This document shows positions 55,660 through 64,000 of a stretch of DNA of 64,000 nucleotides, piece after piece. This stretch comes from Octopus vulgaris. Its lineage: Eukaryota. A model generated the notes under the pieces. That model ran no database searches and had not been told where the DNA came from. It was given only the letters and a program-made list of their open reading frames with translations. A program made the position numbers and the translations under genes. The stretch lies in contig OX597822.1 of the NCBI GenBank assembly GCA_951406725.2, forward strand, positions 55,428,001 through 55,492,000, read 5' to 3'. The first letter of the stretch is position 1, and each line of letters starts with the position of its first letter.

Positions 55660-55722
55660 TAGTAATCTCAAGATTAATCAGCCGAAATTACTACGATGAT
55701 CCGGTTCTTGACTGAAGACTGA
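55660..55722 (+). ncRNA. Candidate non-circularly permuted hammerhead ribozyme (second direct-repeat copy)
   Basis: Identical to 54788-54850. Confidence 0.65.
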
Positions 55723-55806
55723 GGGTTTCGAATGTCCTGTCCGTGTTTATTGTATCGTCTTCTAAGAGTTATACGTTCTTGTCCATGTTGTATTTTTCTA
55801 CATACC

Positions 55807-55845
<39 letters not shown>

Positions 55846-55859
55846 TAATAATAATAATA

Positions 55860-56145
55860 TTAGGGAGTAAATCCAAACTTACAGGGAAAAATTAGATTTA
55901 GGATTAAGTCTAATTTTATAGTATAAATATATATATATATATATATTATATTAAATTAGAGATAAAACTACTATTAGGCAAATCAAACAGTGAAAATCAT
56001 AAACCAATACATAGAAATAAAATTAATTAATAAAGAATATATAAAATATAAAATTCAAAATCTAAAATATTTAAATTAAAGTTAAAATTTAGAAAATTAT
56101 TTAAATTAATAATTTATACTTATAAAATTTTAAATATATATATAA

Positions 56146-56205
<60 letters not shown>

Positions 56206-56745
56206 TTAAAATTTTTATTTTTTATTTTTAAATATAACTATCAAAAAATATTAAAAGTCTAATAGAAGATAAAGAGTAAAACTACTACGATCGTTTCATG
56301 CCCATAAACCAATTCGAATAGCAATAATTTAAATTCAATTAATAATTCGAATTATGGTTATAGTCAATCTTTAGGTTAATTATAATATTTAAATAAATAA
56401 TCAGAAATATTTAAACAATATTTTATAAAAAATAAATAAAATAATAATTTTTCTTATAAAAAGCTCTATTATCAAAGTAGAAACTTAACGATTATAATTA
56501 TGTCATACAATCGATTATAATGTTAAATATTAATTTTTAATTTTTAAGTATTAATTTTTAAGCTAAGAAATCCACAAATAATCTAATATCAGTTATAGTC
56601 AATATTTAATTGCAAAAATATTTTACAAAAAAAAATAAATTACTATTCATACTATTAAATACATATTTGAATAATATATAAATTATCAATGAAAATATAT
56701 AAATGTATATAAATATTAGAATTAAGATAATTACGATAATTTTTA
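55860..56745 (-). mobile_element. Extremely AT-rich (TA)n-associated element related to 57398-57940, retaining a half HHR at 56282-56303
   Basis: Shared TAGGGA.TAAATCCAAA.TTACAGGGAAAAAT end; minus strand reads GGGCAU-GAAA-CGAUCG-UA-GUAG. Confidence 0.65.
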
Positions 56746-56818
56746 TATATATACATACACATACGACGGACTTCTTTCAGTTTCCATCCACCAAATCCCC
56801 TAATTTAATATAATATAT

Positions 56819-56890
<72 letters not shown>

Positions 56891-57090
56891 GTGTATATTC
56901 TTTTATTCTTTTACTTGTTTCAGTTATTTGACTGCGGCCGAGCAACGCCTTTAGTCGAGCAAATCGACCCCAGGACTTATTCTTGGTAAGCCTAGTAGTT
57001 ATTCTATCGGTCACTTTAGCCGAACCGCCAAGTTACGGGGACGTAAACACACCAGTATTGGGTGTCATGCGATAGTGGGAGGACAAACAA

Positions 57091-57130
<40 letters not shown>

Positions 57131-57326
57131 CATACATACACATACGACGGGCTTCTTTCAGTTTCCATCCACCAAATCCCCTCACAAGGCTTTGGTCGGC
57201 TCGAGGTTATAGTTGAAGACACTTGCCCAAGGTACCATGCGGTGGGACTGAACCCGGGACCATGTGGTTGGAAAGCAAGCTACTTACGACACAGCCGCTC
57301 CTATATATAAAAAGCATATAGGCATG

Positions 57327-57391
<65 letters not shown>

Positions 57392-57397
57392 TAAATA

Positions 57398-57940
57398 TTA
57401 GGGAATAAATCCAAATTTACAGGGAAAAATCAGATTTAGGATTGAATCCAATTTTATAGTAAAATATTATATAATATTAATTAGAGACAAAACCACTATT
57501 TTGCAAATCAAACAAAGACTTAATCCAATACATAAAAAAATTTAATATAAAGGAAATAAATTTAAATTCGCCACTACAATTGTTTCATGTCTCTTCAAAG
57601 GGCATTCATCAGGTGGATTTCAGATCAGACTCAATATTCCATAAACAGTTATATATTAATATACATTAATAATAAATTAATTAATACAAAGAAATACCAA
57701 TTATAGCCTAACTATAATTAAAACCTAAACTACATAACTAAAGAATTATAATGGTACTCTAAACATAAAATTTATAACTATAATTAAAGTAACCTTTAAT
57801 AGGGAGCTATTAATGTTATTAAAAAATTATTATTTATCATGAAACTTATTATATAGGTAAAGTAACCTATGTCTGCATTTTATTTTGCGCTCTTCACCTG
57901 TATTAAGTAAATTATCATACTTATAAAATAAAATTTCCTT
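57398..57940 (-). mobile_element. AT-rich (TA)n-flanked element carrying a hammerhead ribozyme
   Basis: (TA)n on both sides; HHR at 57571-57616; paralogue at 55860. Confidence 0.7.
57571..57616 (-). ncRNA. Minimal type I hammerhead ribozyme, canonical core
   Basis: CCAC-CUGAUGA-AUG..CAU-GAAA-CAAUUG-UA-GUGG. Confidence 0.85.
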
Positions 57941-58071
57941 ATATATATATATATATATATATACATATACACACGTACATGTCTATATGTTCTCAAAAAT
58001 ATGATTTACGAAAAATGTAATTGAATTTGTCGAACTTCTTCCTATAATGTAAATCATATACTTAATATACT

Positions 58072-58141
<70 letters not shown>

Positions 58142-58255
58142 TCTTCTTACTCGTCCCCCTGTTTTATACAATAGTAAGAAAAACTTTCAGTTTAGGAATG
58201 CAGTATAGAAAACTGCAAAAACAGCAAAACTATACGATCAAAGAGTAATACTTAC

Positions 58256-58797
58256 TTTCCACGTACTCCAGCAATATCGTTCGCTCCTTTAAACGCTTTA
58301 GCAATACGTACAATCTGTAGATTGGTTTTCAACGGATATTCCTGTCCCGTTAAGTTTATGAAATACTTCCATTTTTTATATTTTAATAAATCCTTCATGC
58401 AGATTAACTCTGCTTCAGTTTCAGAAAATTGTCCCCATTGAACGTCGATAATGCGAGATGCAATGTAAACATTAGGTAAACACTTTGCTATCGCTTCCAT
58501 GTCACTCAATATCAAAGGATCAGAACTTTTATCAACGTGAATGCAATAATAATTGTGTGGACGGTAAATGGCCCTCAGTAAGTTTTCAACTTGATCGGGT
58601 TCTTTGTAAAGTACGATGGAATAAGCAAGAGGAAAGTCTTTTTCTTCTTTTGTAACATTATTCATAGAGATATACCTGCCACGTTTCCGAAATTCATCAC
58701 AATTTTGACACAGGTTTTTAGCATATTCTCCGTTAGGTAATGAAACATGCGGATGTAAAGTAGAGTATGTTTCTGCATTCGATGAAGCAAATTCATC
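58256..58797 (-). CDS. GCNT-like glycosyltransferase (GT14 Branch domain), main exon
   Basis: CGCCAG acceptor (phase 0) and GTAAGT donor (phase 2); EEKDFPLAYSI.LYK..LLRAIYRPHNYYCIHVD.S..CMKDLL..WKYFINLTGQEYPLKTN. Confidence 0.95.
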
Positions 58798-60671
58798 CTG
58801 GCGAGAAAAGAAAATTGATTTAAAGCTAAGCAGATGAAAGACACACACACACACACATACACACACATTCAGCAGTATCAGTGTTTAAACATAAGCAAAC
58901 TTTAGGCTAGTAAAAATACGTTTATAGCATATTTCAACTTTAAATGGCAAATTCACTGCAGTTACCACGGAGAAAATATTGTCTCTTATGGTAAAAGGTT
59001 TAAAAACACCATATCTACTCAATGTTTAACCCTGACGAATTCCCAGACGCAGTGTTTCTACTTCTTTAACCGCTGTCAATGGGAAATACTGAAGAGAGGT
59101 ATCTCTGGGCAGATCTAAAGCCATAGCATTAGCTAAAACATAGTCAACAACATTGATTCAGTTGCGCCAATAGGCCGCCAGGTTAGGAGAAATCCAAGCA
59201 TTTTTAGGCATAAGCGAACTTTAGGTTAGTTAAAATATGTTAGTGGTATATTTCAACTTTAAGGCAAATTCACTGTAGTACTGCAGCTACTGAGAAGAAA
59301 CCTAAAGTTTGCTTATATATATAAGCAGGGGGTGGTGGCGACCCCTGTTGTACTCTTTCGTCCCAACTTTCTCTCACTGTTTCTTGAGTAACGCTGCGAT
59401 AGACTGGCGTCCCGTCCAGCTGGAGGGAACACATACGCCATAGAAACCGAGAAACCGGGCCCATGATCCTGGCTAGGCTTGAAAAGGGCGCATAAATAAA
59501 ATAGAATGCAATAAGTAAACTGATATAATTGATCACATCAACTTTGGTTACCCAGCCCTTGCCAATTTCAATTGCTATGTCTACTTGTAATGTACCAATA
59601 CTTATATGCAAAATCGGACAACGACCTAGCAATATAATCTCTTTTAAGGCTATTTTGTTAGGTTGTTATCATACATCGTATTTGATATATGTTTATAACA
59701 CATTTTGCCCGTTTTTACAATGATACTGCGAAGGTGATGACAAACCAAGATTCAATGTTGGTATCAATATCTCCTGGCTGTTATCATTATATTCTTTTCC
59801 TATATATTGCGGCACGACCCAATAGGTAAGCCTATAGCACACGGTTTGTCCTTACTTCTGCAACTCATCTTGAACTTAAACAGAAGCACATTCTTCCAAA
59901 TGACTGCTTTAGTCAAGAGATCAACATTTCTGACACACATCGGCTACAACCCTCTCTCTGTTTATTTTAGAGTGTATATGGAAACTCCTTCTTGCTAATC
60001 ATGGGGAAAACTGAGCAAGAAGATACTATTTTTCTCAACATACCACGTCTGTATTTTATCTTTTTTTTTTTCAAGAGCTATTCCATATCGAGGAGCTCGT
60101 TATGAGCTACGACTGTTGCAAAAAAATTGTGCTGTTATTGGTGTTATTCATGCTACTTGTATTGGCTTTTAAACAAAAATTATTGTTTCAATTATGTCGT
60201 TTTTTTTTTGTTTACTATCGAGCACCCGTATGACCAATCCATTTAATTTTCGTTGTCTTTTAATAGTTAGAAGGCGAATTTGTTTAACCCTAATAGCAAT
60301 ATATGAGAACAAATAATTGACATATAATATTGGTGGTAATCAATGGATAATATAGGAGCTACGAGAGACACAGCAAAGAAGATTAGAGACTAATAGCATA
60401 AAAGATAAGAGAAGACCCATAAAACGTAGGAATTACTAGCAGACAACAACGATAAGAACTAGACATCAGAATTAGTCATAAATAGCGTCTAGAGTGATAG
60501 ATTACTGTACAAATTAGAAATGTTGTTTTGTTGTCGTTTAGAATGAGAAGGTAATGCCTTTTCGAAGTTGCTTCCAGATAGTTTTCAACACGAAAACGTT
60601 TGAACCTATTGTACGAAGGCTGAGGGTTTGAAATAGATGAGGTCAAAGGTTAAACAAACAAAGATATTTAC

Positions 60672-60756
60672 CTGTCTTATAAGCGCTGCACAGTCAAACG
60701 GACCCAAGGGGGGAGCATCATATGTGAGGGCATTTTCGTTTCCTGGAGGTGAATGT
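60672..60756 (-). CDS. Probable upstream exon of the GCNT-like gene (stem region)
   Basis: ATCAG acceptor and CAG|GTAAAT phase-0 donor, joining FDCAALIRQ to DEF.., as expected for the GCNT C..L..D motif. Confidence 0.65.
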
Positions 60757-62036
60757 CTGATATTTAGTAAATATAAACTCACTGAACAAATGCATAACAC
60801 AGTTAAGATAGAACTTGTTCTCTGACGGTAAAGTATGTACGGAAAGGCACAGTATTTCCTTAATCTGAATAAAAAAATAAAAATAATAAAATAATAGTGT
60901 CATTTAATTCATTGGGAAATCAATTAATTATCAATCAACTCGTAAAATAAAACCCGTGAGACTTATATTTCTTCATATTCTGTTTTATCCTTTGAAGCCT
61001 AACAGAAGTTAGAAGCATGTCTGAAGGATAATAAAGACAAAATTACGGTTTGTAATATGGAACAAGCGACATCACAATAATGTTTGATGGTATAACGTTG
61101 GGAGTAACAAAATTCAAAGGCATGGTTGTGTTGTTAAAAATTTCGTTTCCCACTTACAACATTTTGTGTTCAGTCTTCTACTACAGCTCCGGGCTGACCG
61201 AAGCCTTGTGAGTAGATTCAGTGGATGGATACAGTGAGATGACTTTATGTATTGAATTGCCAAACAAATTCATTCGTTTCTTTTTACTGTTGTTTGAATT
61301 AACACGGAAAATATTTTTATTGTAGCGTTTTATATTTTATTTGTAGCTGTATTCTTCCTCTATAATTCAAGTTTATCGTTTTTGAAATTTGAATAATTTT
61401 ACCTCTTTTCAAACATTTGACAATGGAATGGCAAGTAGAAAGGTATGAAAATTTTCGACACCTTCTTCTCATCGTTTTCAATCAAGGTTCCAAATTGCCA
61501 AAGCTGCTCGAGATATTTAGGCTACGTACAAAGAAATCGCTAATACTGAAAGAAATGCATATAAATGGCTTTAACACTTCGAGGAGTCTCTACGTTCCAG
61601 TTGAAATTTTCAGTTCAATGAGTATCGAATGAACAAGCTAATCCACCAGGATCCACACCAATCTACCATTAAATTGACCCTGTAGATAGGGCCCGTTACC
61701 TTCACTCGATGGTCGAACCGAAAATATATCTATTCAACTTGTGACCCATACAAGCATGAAAAAGTGGACGTGATGATGATGATGATGAGGATGAGGATAA
61801 TGATGATGGTGGCGGGGGTGATAGTGATGATGATAGTAATACGTGGAAAAAGTTAAAACTTTTTTTTTCTCTCGGATGGATGCGCACTCACGAAACGTGA
61901 TATTCCTCTTTTCCTCTCGACAAAATTATCTAAATTCATGAAATTCCTTATAGGTCTATAACAGAGCATGCAGAATGAAATGTAATATTGTTCATTTACT
62001 TTGATTAATTTTTGTAGATTTATTTTTACTAAACAC

Positions 62037-62203
62037 TTAGATTGGGGAGGGGGGAGGGGGTGCTTAGGCGTCGATATCGGTTCATTGTTGTTTCTATAAC
62101 GATATCTGAACAGACGGAAAGCATTGGTGACCCTATAAGACAAAACTATTAAAATTCCAAGGAGTAGGCCATGGTGTTTTTTTTTTACCTCATATAGCCA
62201 CAT
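62037..62203 (-). CDS. Tentative first coding exon (type II membrane anchor) of the GCNT-like gene
   Basis: MWLYEVKKKHH-GLLLGILIVLSY gives a basic then hydrophobic segment followed by a Pro-rich stem; the phase-2 donor GTGTTT is weak. Confidence 0.35.
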
Positions 62204-62886
62204 ATAATTTTGATTACTAGTACCGAGACAGTAAAATATCATTTAATTTTGTGTCAGTTCCAAATCAGAGCCAAAATTTTCTTTGCATATCATCCTAAAC
62301 GAAGTCGACAAAATAAATACCAGTAATACACTGTTTTCCATTAGTTTGTCTGTCTATATAATCGATTGTCTTTCATTTCAACAAATGCTTAGAAGTCAAA
62401 GTCAAATGCATAAGTTACTTAAAATTTGATGGTATTTGAACACTTCTCTCAATATGTCCCAATCATTTTCTAGAATTAATCTGTTACCCTGATCAACACT
62501 ACCACATATCCTTTGGCTAACTTTAACGGAGGCCGCTCCGCTATTAACATTTGCGTTAAGTCTCCAGTCAGAACATAATTTCTTTTCTTTTGTCTTGGTG
62601 GTTTTTCAAAGTACCGCAATCACTTTCTGTACCTTTGTAGTTTTCGGGCTCCACCATAAAAAAAGAGTTCATAAATTTCTCCTACATACATCTATATGTG
62701 AACCCATAAAACATTATTGTAAACAATAATATCTGTGTTTGCTTGTAAGTAGTCAAAATTATAAAACACGTTGACCTAATCTTGTCAGTTCAAATCAATT
62801 AAAGGAATATGTTTATTCAGTGTTCCCTGTGGCAGTCGGTGCACATAATACTTCATCAAAATTATTCCACTTCAATAACAATGTTG

Positions 62887-63570
62887 TACGAAGTAGTATC
62901 ACAAAGCTCCAGAACTATTTATGTTTAATAAAAAATAACTCATTTACTTAGTTTTAACATCATCTCCTTCGAAATATTTTCCTTGTACAGCAATACACCG
63001 TCCTCAGCTTTCCTGCTACTTTTGGAATCCGGCCTGGAAGTAGTTTTCCGTAAGCGAGCCAAGGACCTGCTGCGATTCGCTCTGGGTCTCGACAACGGTG
63101 TTAATACGGTGACCATTCAGCTGTATTTTCATCTTGGAGAAGAGATGAAAGACCGTAGATGCTAAATCTTGCAAATAGAACGGGTGCGGAAGCGATACCA
63201 TGTTGCTTTTGACGGGATACGCACGAATGATGAGAGCTCGTGAAAGAGTGCACTGTTGTCATGAAGAATCCAATTCATGGCGCTCCACATATCCGGTCAC
63301 TTTCACCGAATGACCTTCTTCAAACGCTTCAAAACGTCGCAGTAGAACTCTTGATTGGTCCTGGGGAACGAATTTTCGATGAACAATATCGCAGATATCG
63401 AAATAGACGATGAACATGCTTTTGACTAAGCTGAGGCTCTATTGTGCTTTTTGAAGCGCCACTCGAAACTGCGTACGATCCATTGCCTCGTCGCCGTAAG
63501 CTTGCTCAATGTCTCTGTAGCAGACTTGCCAAGTTTAATGCAAAATTTCACGTTGGCTCTTCGTACCTCC
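62887..63570 (-). mobile_element. Decayed mariner 3' portion
   Basis: HDN, LPHP.Y..DLA and F.KMK motifs; TACGAAG-type end near 62887. Confidence 0.7.
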
Positions 63571-63586
63571 TGCCCATGACAAAAAT

Positions 63587-64000
63587 ATTTCGTCTGCTGC
63601 TACATTCGGAGTTCAAATTCCGCCGAGGTCGACTTTGTCTTTCATTCTTTCCGGGTCGATTAAATAAGTACCAGTTACGCACTGGGGTCGATATGATCGA
63701 CTTAATCCGTTTGTCTGTCCTTGTTTGTCCTCTCTGTGTTTAGCCCCTTATGGGTAGTAAAGAAATAGGTATTTCGTCTGCCGCTACGTTCTGAGTTCAA
63801 ATTCCGCCGAGGTCGACTTTGCCTTTCATCCTTTCCGGGTCGATTAAATAAGTACCAGTTACGCACTGGGGTCGATATGATCGACTTAATCCGTTTGTCT
63901 GTCCTTGTTTGTCCTCTCTGTGTTTAGCCCCTTGTGGGTAGTAAAAAATAGGTATTTCGTCTGCCGCTACGTTCTGAGTTCAAATTCCGCCGAGGTCGAC
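63587..64000 (+). repeat. Tandem array (about 184 bp) of a partial SINE, running off the window end
   Basis: ATTTCGTCTG..GAGTTCAAATTCCGCCGAGGTCGAC at about 63588, 63771 and 63954. Confidence 0.85.

Larger units (their letters stand above)
54578..55810 (+). mobile_element. About 1.2-kb non-coding element with 360-bp direct terminal repeats (54578-54938, 55452-55810) between (TA)n tracts
   Basis: Near-identical direct repeats, CT-rich interior, (TA)n on both flanks, no ORF of substance. Confidence 0.85.

Overview
AT-rich, microsatellite- and transposon-dense animal DNA; the tRNA-derived SINEs and repeat spectrum look like Octopus (inference). One host gene is supported: a minus-strand, intron-containing GT14/Branch-family beta-1,6-N-acetylglucosaminyltransferase (GCNT-like) with phase-compatible exons at 60672-60756, 58256-58797, 46729-46982 and 44994-45295, plus a tentative first exon near 62037-62203. 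The rest is decayed LINEs (RTE, Tx1/L1, CR1-like, Hero-like), mariner/Tc1/hAT remnants, a Helitron-type element, a solo LTR, SINEs and simple repeats. The unexpected signal is a set of short non-coding elements in or next to (TA)n tracts that carry hammerhead ribozyme (HHR) motifs. Six full minimal type I motifs belong to four unrelated families (2.3/2.9, 30.5, 48.3 and 57.6 kb), and two of the insertions are back-to-back inverted pairs like Penelope-type pLTRs or retrozymes. A fifth family (53.5, 54.8, 55.7 kb) has all three HHR catalytic strands in a non-circularly permuted, pseudoknotted order, with compensatory base changes between diverged copies. No ribozyme activity can be shown from sequence alone.
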